Assembly (NCBI GenBank): GCA_042571125.1
Contig: JBHPFU010000001.1
Span: 1,225-65,224, forward strand
Length of the DNA stretch: 64,000 nucleotides
Source of the DNA: Nanobdellota archaeon
GTDB lineage: Archaea; Nanobdellota; Nanobdellia; Woesearchaeales; UBA10107
Reading direction: 5' to 3'
Positions 45,302-55,063 of the stretch are shown piece after piece (the first letter of the stretch is position 1; each line of letters starts with the position of its first letter). The notes under the pieces were generated by a model that saw nothing but the letters and a program-made list of their open reading frames with translations, made no database searches and was not told the origin of the DNA. Position numbers and translations under genes: made by a program.

Positions 45302-46314
45302 GAAACGAACTTAGTGCACTAGAACTTAACAATCTTGTTAAGGAATTTCAAATTCTTAAGGATGCGAAGATAGACCAAATTTATCAGTCAGATAAAAAAG
45401 ACCTGTCTTTACAGTTTTATATAAGCGGAAAAGGAAAGAAAATTCTTAGAGTTTTGCCAAAATTTATTTTTTTAGCAAGCAAAAGGCCAGAATCAAAACA
45501 GCTTGGATTTTGTCAGTTACTAAGAAAGAAGTTGAGTAACGCATTTCTTAGAGAAATAGAGCAGATTGGTTTTGAAAGGATATTAAAACTCTCTTTTGAA
45601 ACAAAAACCGAAAGGTTTGAGCTATTTATCGAACTATTTGACAGCGGAAATGTTATTTTAACAAAAGATAATATCATAATTGATGCCGTAGAAAAGAAAA
45701 AATGGAAAGACAGAGTTATTTTACATAAAAAAGAGTATGTTTATCCTGAAAAAGAGTTTAATCTATTGAAATTAACAAACAAAGAGTTAGAAAAAGTACT
45801 GAAAGAAACAAAACAAGAATCTTTAGTTAAGTCTTTAGCTATCGATTTAGGCTTGGGCGGAGTTTTAGCAGAAAAACTATGTGAAATTTCTAAGAACTCT
45901 AAAAACATCAAACCTTCAGAAACAAAAGCAGATTCTTTGTTCAAAGCAATTGGCGAATTAAAGAAAACAAAATTTAAAGATCTAAATAAAGAGCTTGATG
46001 AGTTTTTTTCTAAGCAAATTGTTGAAAGCAAAAAAGAAGAACAGACAAAAGTTAAGACAGAGAAGATAGGCAAAGTTGAGACCATAATCAAGATTCAAGA
46101 GAAAAACCTAAAGAAAATAGAAAAAGATGTGCAAGAAAACCAGAAAAAAGCAGAATTAATATATGAAAAATATCAAGCTGTTGATGAGATTCTAAAAGAG
46201 CTGAAAAAAGCAAGAACAAAATATTCTTGGAAAGAGATTAAGGCCAAGCTTAAAGATCATAAAGTAATAAAAGAGATTAATGAGAAAGAAGGAATGATTC
46301 AGATAGAAATTTAA
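45298..46314 (+). CDS. NFACT-N (FbpA/RqcH-like) protein, short form lacking a recognisable NFACT-R domain
   Basis: LSALELNNLVKEFQILKDAKIDQIYQ...LSLQFY...ILRVLPKFIFL, HhH-like LGLGGVLAEKL, then coiled coil. Stops at 338 aa. Confidence 0.7.
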   Translation: MRNELSALELNNLVKEFQILKDAKIDQIYQSDKKDLSLQFYISGKGKKILRVLPKFIFLASKRPESKQLGFCQLLRKKLSNAFLREIEQIGFERILKLSFETKTERFELFIELFDSGNVILTKDNIIIDAVEKKKWKDRVILHKKEYVYPEKEFNLLKLTNKELEKVLKETKQESLVKSLAIDLGLGGVLAEKLCEISKNSKNIKPSETKADSLFKAIGELKKTKFKDLNKELDEFFSKQIVESKKEEQTKVKTEKIGKVETIIKIQEKNLKKIEKDVQENQKKAELIYEKYQAVDEILKELKKARTKYSWKEIKAKLKDHKVIKEINEKEGMIQIEI

Positions 46315-46317
46315 AGT

Positions 46318-46428
46318 GGACAGCTTTCTTGATTTCCCGCACATAAGTGCAGTACAGACAAGAACGGAAGCTTGCTTAACTTCTGTGTTCGAAATGGGAA
46401 CAGGTGAACCAAGCCCCTATGGCCGTCC
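46318..46428 (-). rRNA. rrf: 5S ribosomal RNA (orphan, unlinked to 16S/23S in this window)
   Basis: Minus sense GGACGGCCATAGGGGCTTGGTTCACCTGTTCCCATTTCGAACACAGAAGTTAAGC...GGGAAATCAAGAAAGCTGTCC. Helix I closes. Ends +/- a few nt. Confidence 0.85.
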
Positions 46429-46452
46429 TATGTTATTTGAGCGTCTAGGTGG

Positions 46453-46460
46453 TTTATAAA
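46453..46460 (-). promoter_or_regulatory. TATA box for 5S rRNA
   Basis: TTTATAAA lies about 23 nt upstream of the 5S 5' end. Confidence 0.5.
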
Positions 46461-46513
46461 GGTTTTGCTTTTTAAGCAATATATTTTTAAATACCTTAGA
46501 ATTAGGTCGATAT

Positions 46514-47995
46514 ATGGCCACATATACAAAAAGAATAGTTAGAGGCAGTGCTTTTCTATTTATGATGTCTATTTTAGCGGGCATAATTGGTTATATTATT
46601 AGAATCGTATTGGCGAGGAATTTAACCCCATCTGAATATGGTCTTTTCTATGCTATATTCGCTTTTGTCAGTTTTCTGCTGTTTTTTAGAGATCTTGGAT
46701 TAAACCAAGCATTAGTTAAGTATATACCCGAATTTAAAATTAATCAAAAATTTAATAAAATCAAAACAGCAATCTCATCTGCTTTTTTTGGACAAGTTGT
46801 CTCTTCGTTAATTTTAGGAATTTTACTATTCATTTTTTCTGGTTTTTTAGCAGAACACTATTTTAAAGATCTTCTGGCGATAAAAATTTTGAGGATTCTG
46901 ATTATTTATGTTTTCTTTAGTATGTTTGTTATACTCCTGCTCAACATTTTCCGCGGGTTTCAAAAAATAAAAACATTCTCTTCAATAGAACCAATAAGAA
47001 ATACAATTATGTTAATATTTGTGTTAGTTTTACTTAATAGGGGGGCAGGGGTTCTTGCCCCAGCATACGCGTTTGTGATATCCTGGATAGCCTTATCCAT
47101 AATTCTTGCACCACTTTTTATCAAAACTTTCAATTTTTTTAAATACAAAATTAAAAATTTAAGAAAAACAACCAAACTACTTTTTGCATTTTCCTTACCA
47201 GTTCTATTAACAACAGTTGGTGCATATGCAATTGCAACAATCGATACGCTTGTACTAACTTATTTTACAACACTTGATCAAGTAGGAATTTATAATGTTG
47301 TTTTACCAAGCGCAATGATGTTCTTGTTTTTCTGCAATTCCTTAGCAACCGTGGCTTTCCCCATTATTTCTGAACTATGGGCAAAAAAAGAGATTATAAA
47401 GATAACTGAATGGGTAAGGTTGCTTTATAAATATTCTTTTGTAGTCATAACTCCGCTTTTAGTGTCATTGTTGGTATTTTCAGAAATTTTTATACGTGTT
47501 TTTTTTGGGGAGCAATATGTTGCAGGAGCAAACGCATTTAGAATACTTTTGGTAGGAGTATTATTTTTTATTGTAGCAAAACTTAACAACATAACTCTTT
47601 CAGGAATTGGAAAACCCGCGATTGTTACAAGAATTATTTTAATGGTCGCTTTATTTAATTTTATAGCTAATGTTGCATTAGTCCCAAGATTTGGTATAGA
47701 AGGAGCAGCATTCGCAACAGCTGTAAGTTATTTGATTGTTTTAGTTATGTCTACATATAAAACTACTAAATTTGTTGAAGTGAAAGTTCCAATAAACGCT
47801 TGGCTAAAAACGATTATAGCCAGTCTAGCCTTTGTTGGGGTAATCGGCTTTTTAAAAAGAATTCTCTTCATGAACATCTGGTTAGAAGTTATAATCTCTT
47901 TACTTGTGGCATTTGCAGTCTACGCTATTTTAATTTATCTTCTGAAACTAATAGATGTTGCTGAGATTAAGAAATACGCGAAACTAATCAAATAA
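46514..47995 (+). CDS. Wzx-like polysaccharide/oligosaccharide flippase (MOP superfamily)
   Basis: 493 aa, about 14 TM, with a typical polysaccharide-biosynthesis-protein N-terminus. Confidence 0.7.
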   Translation: MATYTKRIVRGSAFLFMMSILAGIIGYIIRIVLARNLTPSEYGLFYAIFAFVSFLLFFRDLGLNQALVKYIPEFKINQKFNKIKTAISSAFFGQVVSSLILGILLFIFSGFLAEHYFKDLLAIKILRILIIYVFFSMFVILLLNIFRGFQKIKTFSSIEPIRNTIMLIFVLVLLNRGAGVLAPAYAFVISWIALSIILAPLFIKTFNFFKYKIKNLRKTTKLLFAFSLPVLLTTVGAYAIATIDTLVLTYFTTLDQVGIYNVVLPSAMMFLFFCNSLATVAFPIISELWAKKEIIKITEWVRLLYKYSFVVITPLLVSLLVFSEIFIRVFFGEQYVAGANAFRILLVGVLFFIVAKLNNITLSGIGKPAIVTRIILMVALFNFIANVALVPRFGIEGAAFATAVSYLIVLVMSTYKTTKFVEVKVPINAWLKTIIASLAFVGVIGFLKRILFMNIWLEVIISLLVAFAVYAILIYLLKLIDVAEIKKYAKLIK

Positions 47996-48754
47996 ACCGA
48001 TCATACTCTTTTTTAGAATATCAATTATCTTTTTATTTGTGTTTTTTAAATTTGAGACTTTTACTTTATTTACTCTTATTTTTTTATTCAGATTAGCGTA
48101 TAATTCATGTTTTCTAGTAAACTGCTCAATCTTTGCTTCTGGTTTTCTTTTATGCGCTGTTTTTGCGTCAACATTTAAAAAATACAGTAATGAAGGTTTC
48201 GGTATTAATTTTCTGTAAAAATTTGGCAAAGAACACATTCCCAAATATTTTAAATGAACTAATTCATCATAGAACCAACGATCAGCTATGACTATTCTTC
48301 CCATAAATCTGTTTGGCCAGATCTTAATTAGATAAATCCAAGGAATTCCAACTAAAAATGCAATTTGTCGTAAAAAGGAAACCATTTTACTTTTCTTTTT
48401 AAATTTTGTTTTCTTTATTTTTGAAGGAACCGCTCTCATCGCGAAATTTAAAGGGGTTGAGCTAGGAAGATGAACATATTTTGTTTTGAATTTTATTTCA
48501 TGTAAAAATTTAATAACATTTTCTGCCTGCGTACTTTTACCAGAACCATCTAGCCCCGCAAATGCGATAACTTTTGGGACTCTTAAAAACCTAAATCCTC
48601 CATCCTTTCCTTTTAATTCTCGTTTTACACTGCATTTGCGCCCCAAGATGTCATAAACGCATACACACAGCCTTTTTCCGAATATGGGCTTTGTGAACCA
48701 TTCACAGGATATATAACACAATGCACGTTTCCACCAAGGACCTTTAACTGCCAC
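47984..48754 (-). CDS. thymidylate-kinase-like P-loop kinase with Cys-rich N-terminal extension
   Basis: IAFAGLDGSGKSTQ P-loop. Apparent GTG start. Confidence 0.55.
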   Translation of the reverse strand: MAVKGPWWKRALCYISCEWFTKPIFGKRLCVCVYDILGRKCSVKRELKGKDGGFRFLRVPKVIAFAGLDGSGKSTQAENVIKFLHEIKFKTKYVHLPSSTPLNFAMRAVPSKIKKTKFKKKSKMVSFLRQIAFLVGIPWIYLIKIWPNRFMGRIVIADRWFYDELVHLKYLGMCSLPNFYRKLIPKPSLLYFLNVDAKTAHKRKPEAKIEQFTRKHELYANLNKKIRVNKVKVSNLKNTNKKIIDILKKSMIGLFD

Positions 48755-49919
48755 TTAATACCTCATTATATATATTAATATACTGATCAGCAATCTTTCC
48801 TGCATCAAATTCTTTAACTTTTTTTGATGAATTCTCTACCAATCTTTTTTGAAGTTTTTTATTATTTAATAATTTAACGATATTTTCTGCTAAACTTTTT
48901 GGATCTTTTGGCTTTACCATTAAAACTTCCTTTTCAGATTCAAAAAGGTCACGAAATTCAGGTACATCGGTTGTAATTACAGGAGTTTTGCAAGCCATCG
49001 ATTCTAATAAGCAAAGAGGGTTAGCGATAGTATTTTTCATATTCCAATAAGGAAGAACAACAACATCCGAAGCATTCACATAATCAGCTACATTAACTTT
49101 ATCTGCAATTAACCTTATTTTCTTATAAGATTTAAGAAACTTAACTGCATCTGGATTCTGTTCAGGAGGCACTACAAACAAGAAGAAAATATCATCTTTA
49201 ATAAGTTCAATTGATTCTAGAAGAGTCCTCCAGCCTTTAGTCTCAACTAAATGCCCGTAATACATCACTATTTTTTTATTTGGGAGGTTTAATTTCTTTC
49301 TTAATGCTGCATTTTTTCCAGATTTAAACTTTGTTAAATCAACGGGGGAATGCACAACTTCGATCAGTTCCTTTCTGCAACCAGCATTTATTAATTCTTT
49401 TTTGAAAAGCCGGTTCGGTACAGTTAATTTATCTGCCTTATTCAATAAGAATGTAAATTTAAATTTACCAAATAGTTTAAAAAAAGACCTGGATTTGATT
49501 GTATGAACTAATCTTGCTCTTTTTGAAAACAACTTTGCGATTAATCCCTGAAGAACCATCAGATTCGCACCGCCAAAGCTATGAACAATACTAAAACTTT
49601 CTTTTTTATCCATTTTTCTCACTCCCAGGGGCGCTGCAAAAAATCTATTGAATATGGATGTAGGATCCAAAAGAATATACTTTTTAAAGAAATGCAGATT
49701 GAACCAAGGCAAATAGTATGGCCTGAATATCCTTACGTTTTCTCTAACTTCTTCTTTTTCATTTCTTTTATGCGTCTTAGTATCAGAAAAACCTCTGTTT
49801 GTTATGATTGTAACATCATTTTTTCTTTTTTTAAGCTCTTTTGCGAGATTAACTACCGTAGTGAATGATGCATCTGGATTTTCCTTAGGAACATCTTTTG
49901 TTGTTAGTGCAATTTTCAT
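48744..49919 (-). CDS. glycosyltransferase, GT-B fold (GT4-like)
   Basis: C-terminal PYWNM...ANPLCLLESMACKTPVITTDV is an E(x7)E-like region. Confidence 0.75.
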   Translation of the reverse strand: MKIALTTKDVPKENPDASFTTVVNLAKELKKRKNDVTIITNRGFSDTKTHKRNEKEEVRENVRIFRPYYLPWFNLHFFKKYILLDPTSIFNRFFAAPLGVRKMDKKESFSIVHSFGGANLMVLQGLIAKLFSKRARLVHTIKSRSFFKLFGKFKFTFLLNKADKLTVPNRLFKKELINAGCRKELIEVVHSPVDLTKFKSGKNAALRKKLNLPNKKIVMYYGHLVETKGWRTLLESIELIKDDIFFLFVVPPEQNPDAVKFLKSYKKIRLIADKVNVADYVNASDVVVLPYWNMKNTIANPLCLLESMACKTPVITTDVPEFRDLFESEKEVLMVKPKDPKSLAENIVKLLNNKKLQKRLVENSSKKVKEFDAGKIADQYINIYNEVLSGS

Positions 49920-49924
49920 TTTGT

Positions 49925-51208
49925 TCAGTATTTGAAAAGACTTTTGCCTTTACTTTGTTTTGGATGTCTGATATTTAAAGAATCAGCAATTGTATCACAC
50001 ATATCTATTAATTCACATTCATTTATTCTCTTCCTGAGCTGTTTGTTTTTATTGTACACAACAGCAAAGCCCTGCAAATCATCATTTTTTTCAATAAAAC
50101 CATGCATTGCTTTATATTTCTCTTTGTTTTTTTCGTATTTATGAAAGTAATCAGGGAAAATTAGAATTTTATTTTTTGCAGCCCAAATCAAATTTCCGTA
50201 TTGTTTATCCATGTGCGGAATTTTGTATTTTTTACACACTTCTTTATCAAGTAAAAATCCATTTTTTTCGAAAAATGGAGAGTTTATCATATACTTAATT
50301 CTTTTTTCCGCTTCTTTATTGAACCACCAAAAATGTACAAGCGTTGAACTTAAAAACATTACATAATCTCTACCAAACTTTAAATTGTATTTTTTAAGGT
50401 GCGCTTTTACATATTTGTTTACGTCAATATCTTTCTTAACATTAGTCATCCCGTGATCTCCGATTATTATAAGTTCATAGTTTTCATATTTTTTATCGAA
50501 AACTCTTTTAATTTCTCCCACCTTTTTGTCAGTTTTTTTAATAATCTCAATTGCGTCCTTTGATGCAACACCGGGCTTGTGGATATACTCGTCAGTATGC
50601 CAAAATTGTGCAAAGATAATCCCGTTTTCTATTCTGGAATTCAGAATACGGTTTAATGTTTCTTCATCACTCAATCCTGTGCATACAGGATGCATTATGA
50701 ATTCAAAGTTAATTTTTTCTTTATGTATTATATCAAAAATAGATTCAATATCCCCAAACGCATTAGGCGACAAGATTGGGATATCATCCTCAGTAGACCC
50801 CACATGAGGTAGCATTTTGTAAGGAATTCTTTGAGCAGGCATGAACTTATCTTTGTTAAATTTTAGAGACATTCGGCTAATCAAATATCTAAATGCACGA
50901 TCTCCAAACATCCATTTATTTTCTAGAAAATCCGTAATAAAATTTGGAATGTAGTTGAGGAATCCATATTGATTTGTTTTATTTTTATTGTAATTGTACA
51001 TAACAAACTTTTTATTGGTTTCTGGCCAAGTTCCAGTTAATATGCTCGATCTTTGTGTAAATCCAGAAGAAGATTCAAGTTTTTTTGAATAAATTCCCTT
51101 TTTGGAGAGCGCATATAGATTAGGCGTATCTTTTGGAGTTATATAGTCCCACCTAAATGCATCAAGAATAAGAAACAACACCACTTTATCTTTGTTTTTT
51201 TCCCGCAT
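49925..51208 (-). CDS. alkaline-phosphatase-superfamily enzyme (nucleotide pyrophosphatase/phosphodiesterase-like)
   Basis: VVLFLILDAFRWDYI and LIIIGDHGM metal-site motifs. ATG at 51208 (the track start is a TTG). Confidence 0.65.
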   Translation of the reverse strand: MREKNKDKVVLFLILDAFRWDYITPKDTPNLYALSKKGIYSKKLESSSGFTQRSSILTGTWPETNKKFVMYNYNKNKTNQYGFLNYIPNFITDFLENKWMFGDRAFRYLISRMSLKFNKDKFMPAQRIPYKMLPHVGSTEDDIPILSPNAFGDIESIFDIIHKEKINFEFIMHPVCTGLSDEETLNRILNSRIENGIIFAQFWHTDEYIHKPGVASKDAIEIIKKTDKKVGEIKRVFDKKYENYELIIIGDHGMTNVKKDIDVNKYVKAHLKKYNLKFGRDYVMFLSSTLVHFWWFNKEAEKRIKYMINSPFFEKNGFLLDKEVCKKYKIPHMDKQYGNLIWAAKNKILIFPDYFHKYEKNKEKYKAMHGFIEKNDDLQGFAVVYNKNKQLRKRINECELIDMCDTIADSLNIRHPKQSKGKSLFKY

Positions 51209-52025
51209 ATGCTTTATGAAACCCCACAACAGACGCTATTCTGAACAATATCGCCTTTTTGAATTGGTTGAAATCGTCTTTAAGTAATAAAAAGTACGCG
51301 CAATCTTTTAAAAAGTTTTTTATATTGGCCAACACAACAATAATTTCGGAAATCATTGATAAACGTACTTCGTTAATATTTAAATTTGACAAAGCTTCGC
51401 GATAAGATCTATGTTTTATTTGTTCATATGTTTCATTATGGGAGTGATGAATCTCAGATTTTGGGCAGTATTCCACTTTTTTACCTTTATTTAACCATTT
51501 TTTGGCCCAATCTATATCCTCTGAACCAAGAAGCTTTTCATCAATTTTAATTTTTTTCCAAGCTGATTTTTTAAGAGCAGAAGCAGCATTTGAGAACATT
51601 ATAAGCTTATTTTCTTGTTTATTTGGAAATGTTTTGCTCATGTCTCTTATAATAAAATTATAAGCATTTTTTGCGGGCAATTGCCTGCTGTATGAACCAA
51701 CAATCTCTTTATTTTTCAATGGCGTTACGAGTTCCTGCAACCAAGAATTGTTTTTTGGTATGGCATGTCCGCTTACAAGTACAATATATCTGCCTTTTGC
51801 ATGTTGACATCCAAGGTTTATTGCTCGACCGAATGTGAAATCCTCAGATTTCATGTTTAATATTTTAAGTTTATTGCGTTTTGCTATTTTAAGAGTGTTA
51901 TCTGTCGATCCAGAATCGATCAATATAATTTCATAATCTTTAAAATTCTGCTTGAAGATTTTATCAAGAACCCTCTGTAAATCTTTCCCCTCATTTTTTG
52001 TTCTTATAATAATGCTTACTTCCAT
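51186..52025 (-). CDS. glycosyltransferase family 2
   Basis: VSIIIRTKNEGKDLQRVLDKIFKQNFKDYEIILIDSGSTDNT. Confidence 0.8.
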   Translation of the reverse strand: MEVSIIIRTKNEGKDLQRVLDKIFKQNFKDYEIILIDSGSTDNTLKIAKRNKLKILNMKSEDFTFGRAINLGCQHAKGRYIVLVSGHAIPKNNSWLQELVTPLKNKEIVGSYSRQLPAKNAYNFIIRDMSKTFPNKQENKLIMFSNAASALKKSAWKKIKIDEKLLGSEDIDWAKKWLNKGKKVEYCPKSEIHHSHNETYEQIKHRSYREALSNLNINEVRLSMISEIIVVLANIKNFLKDCAYFLLLKDDFNQFKKAILFRIASVVGFHKAYAGKKQR

Positions 52026-52036
52026 TTTTCTTAAAA

Positions 52037-52870
52037 TTACAATTTTTTAAAAACCAAAATCATGGTATGATTGATGTTTTTTATTACTGGGATGTGTCCG
52101 ATAAAATTATCTAGTTTTCTATAACTTTTTAATCTAACTTTAAATCTAAATAATTTAGAGATTAGGGCCATAAACGGGAGATATAACGCGCATGTTTTGT
52201 ATTGTATTAATTTCGCTTTATTTAGTCTTTTTAAAAGATCACGTTTAGAAAATATGTGTAAGTGCCAATCTGCTGTGGGACTTATTTTTTTGGATTTCTT
52301 TGTTTTGAAAAGGCGCGCTATTAACATAATGAAATAATCTATTAATTTATTGAAATGAGCAATAAAATTATATTTATAAATAAGACTCCCTGGCCTAAAC
52401 CCATATTTTGAGGGGGTTGTTAAAATTATTGTCCCTCCAGACTTTGTTATTCTTACTATCTCATTTAAAAATAATTGTAAATCTTCAATATGTTCTATTA
52501 CTTCAGACGAATAAACTACATCAAATTCTCCATTTTTATATGGCAAGTCGCAGTTTGGTTGCCCCAATTTAAATTGTGCTTTGGAATTTTTTTGCTTAGC
52601 TCTTTCTATATATATTTTAGATATATCAAATCCAAACTTTTTAACGTTGGTTGGTAAATTAGAAAGATAAATCCCATCACCACAACCAACGTCAATTATT
52701 TTATCGCCTTTTTTTACCAATTTTTTTATGGTAAAAATTACATTTTCAAAACGAGTTCTACAAGTATACCCGTCTGGGACGGTTACATCTTTCCAATATA
52801 AACTAAAATCATCATGCAATTTAGAAAAGTCTTCGTAAAATTTATTCGTATTTTTACTTGTTTCAACCAT
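52037..52870 (-). CDS. class I SAM-dependent methyltransferase
   Basis: IIDVGCGDGIY motif I. VVYSSEVIEHI. Confidence 0.75.
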   Translation of the reverse strand: MVETSKNTNKFYEDFSKLHDDFSLYWKDVTVPDGYTCRTRFENVIFTIKKLVKKGDKIIDVGCGDGIYLSNLPTNVKKFGFDISKIYIERAKQKNSKAQFKLGQPNCDLPYKNGEFDVVYSSEVIEHIEDLQLFLNEIVRITKSGGTIILTTPSKYGFRPGSLIYKYNFIAHFNKLIDYFIMLIARLFKTKKSKKISPTADWHLHIFSKRDLLKRLNKAKLIQYKTCALYLPFMALISKLFRFKVRLKSYRKLDNFIGHIPVIKNINHTMILVFKKL

Positions 52871-53873
52871 GGTGATAATTCATCCAGTTTTTTGTGATTT
52901 TTGAAAACAATTCTTTGTTGGATTTAACTCCGTATTTACCCCTTAGATCTTTTAATAAGCTGTGTTTTTTAGTAAGCGCATAAATTAATTTAATTGTATC
53001 TGTATCTATTTCGTTATATCTATTAATCCCGTTTGGTATCAGCATTCTCTTTTCTTTAGCTATTTGTTTTGTCTTTTGTTTGTATGATTCAAAAGCATTC
53101 TTTAAATCCTTACCATATACTAGCTCAAATATATCTGCCGTAAAATATAATGTTTTTTTAAAGAATTGCTCGGCGTTTTTTATTGTATTTGTACCATGTA
53201 ATTTCAACAAAAATGCCTGTTTAATTAATTCTTTATTGTTTTTAATAAACGGATTTTTCGATTTCATAGCCATTTCATAGCGTTTTAAGTATGAATGGCT
53301 GTATTTTCCTTCATTAATTAATAATAATGTGGCACAAGCAATTACTGTTTTTGTGACTTGGAGCAAAAATTTCAACCTATCTTTTTTTATATCCAGCTCA
53401 AAAGGGCAGATTAAACGGTGTCTAAATAAAACTTCTCCCTCAATTTCTGGAAGTTTTCCTTTTGGGTAATTTGGCATAAATCTCGAGATAGGAGCACCAT
53501 ATAATGTGGCAGCCCCATGTTTGATATCATACATATGCATGGTCAACTTTTTGAAAGGTAACAAAGGAAGCAGAGTGTAAGCGATATCAACAAATCTTAA
53601 ACTAAATTTTTCTTTTAGTTCTTTTTCTATTTTCTTTAATTTCTTTCTATTGAGCGGGAATAACGAAACTATTAGAATATCATAATCATTTACTGCTCCA
53701 GATTTACCGTGTTTTTTAATTATTCCTCCTTCTCCCCACCCAAAACTTCCCGTTAGGACAATAGACATAATATTTGGAAGGAAAAAATTATTTTTTATTG
53801 TTTTTACAATAGTATCAATATCTTTTTTGATGGATTCGTTTGCTCCTTTTATTTTGTATAGTGTAAACTTCAT
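52863..53873 (-). CDS. Pol-beta-superfamily nucleotidyltransferase-fold protein
   Basis: LTGSFGWGEG...NDYDILIV matches the GS...DxD pattern. Confidence 0.5.
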   Translation of the reverse strand: MKFTLYKIKGANESIKKDIDTIVKTIKNNFFLPNIMSIVLTGSFGWGEGGIIKKHGKSGAVNDYDILIVSLFPLNRKKLKKIEKELKEKFSLRFVDIAYTLLPLLPFKKLTMHMYDIKHGAATLYGAPISRFMPNYPKGKLPEIEGEVLFRHRLICPFELDIKKDRLKFLLQVTKTVIACATLLLINEGKYSHSYLKRYEMAMKSKNPFIKNNKELIKQAFLLKLHGTNTIKNAEQFFKKTLYFTADIFELVYGKDLKNAFESYKQKTKQIAKEKRMLIPNGINRYNEIDTDTIKLIYALTKKHSLLKDLRGKYGVKSNKELFSKITKNWMNYHHG

Positions 53874-55063
53874 TTTATTACGCTCGAATATATTCTTTTC
53901 AATTTTTTCATACCTTCTTTTTTATCAAATTTTTTAACTTCTTTCAATGAATTCTCAGAAAATTTATTATATAATTTTTTATTTTTCATCAGTATCTCAA
54001 TTTTATTTACAATTTCATTGAAATCTCCTGGTTTTATAAGAAATCCTGTTTTTCCATCTTTGCACCATTCAGGAATGCCTCCAACCTTGCTTGCAATAGC
54101 AGGAACCCCATTAGCCATAGCTTCCAATCCAACAATACCAAATTGCTCCAAGTATACAGATGGTACAACTACAATCTTCGCTCTTTTATAATACTCTCTC
54201 ACACCACCAAAAGGCACTTTTCCAACAAATCTTATATTTTTATCAAGTTTTTTTGATTTAGAGTATTTTTTCAGAAGAGATTCTTCTCCACCAAAGCCAA
54301 TTAATGCGCACTTTAAATTTTTGTATCCTTTTTTATTAACTAATACATCTAATGCGTCAATAAGATAATTAACACCTTTTTCTCTATCAAATCTACCAAC
54401 ATATAATATGTCTATATCTTTCTTAACATTTTTTTCAAATTTCCACTTCTTAAGATCTATAAAATAGTTTAAAATTACCCCTTCCTTAAATCCGTGCTCA
54501 GATATTTTTTTCTTTATCGAGTTGGAAGGGCAGATATAAAGATTAACAACTTTTTTAATAATCCAGTTTCTAAGCGGATAATGGAAAAAAAATGCAGTTA
54601 AAATAAACCAATTAAAACAATTATGTTTAAAGCATTTAACACCTAAACCCCCCTGGCATTCTTTTAAAGTATCTTTGTATACACACCATACTGTTGGGCA
54701 TACTAATGCAAAATTGTGCGTGGTTAAAACAACCTTTGCTTTTGTATTAAGACATGCAAGAAATATTGCTAGCGTACTTTTTAAGAAACCATGTATGTGG
54801 ATTATGTCAGGATTAGTTTCCTTGATCCATCTGCGTAATTTAAAATAAGTTGAAAAATCAAAAATAAATCTTTTGAAATGTCGCATAATTGCAGATTTAT
54901 CGTCTTTAACAACTAATGTATTCTTATTTTTGAATTCTTTTTTTCCAAAACTAAAAGAAAATACTTCAATTCCTTCTTTTTTTAAGCTTTCAGTAATCTC
55001 AAGAAAATATCTTTCTTGGCCGCCCCCTTCTTCATGACTTTCATTAATTTGTAAAACTCTCAT
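53870..55063 (-). CDS. glycosyltransferase GT4-like
   Basis: GGQERY N-terminus. C-terminal PSVYLEQFGIVGLEAMANGVPAIASKVGGIPE. Confidence 0.8.
   Translation of the reverse strand: MRVLQINESHEEGGGQERYFLEITESLKKEGIEVFSFSFGKKEFKNKNTLVVKDDKSAIMRHFKRFIFDFSTYFKLRRWIKETNPDIIHIHGFLKSTLAIFLACLNTKAKVVLTTHNFALVCPTVWCVYKDTLKECQGGLGVKCFKHNCFNWFILTAFFFHYPLRNWIIKKVVNLYICPSNSIKKKISEHGFKEGVILNYFIDLKKWKFEKNVKKDIDILYVGRFDREKGVNYLIDALDVLVNKKGYKNLKCALIGFGGEESLLKKYSKSKKLDKNIRFVGKVPFGGVREYYKRAKIVVVPSVYLEQFGIVGLEAMANGVPAIASKVGGIPEWCKDGKTGFLIKPGDFNEIVNKIEILMKNKKLYNKFSENSLKEVKKFDKKEGMKKLKRIYSSVIK

Noticed and set aside
46318-46428. Whether the 5S rRNA signals a nearby rRNA operon.
   Set aside because: No 16S- or 23S-like sequence is visible on either side. 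Flanking genes are protein-coding, so the 5S is treated as an orphan.
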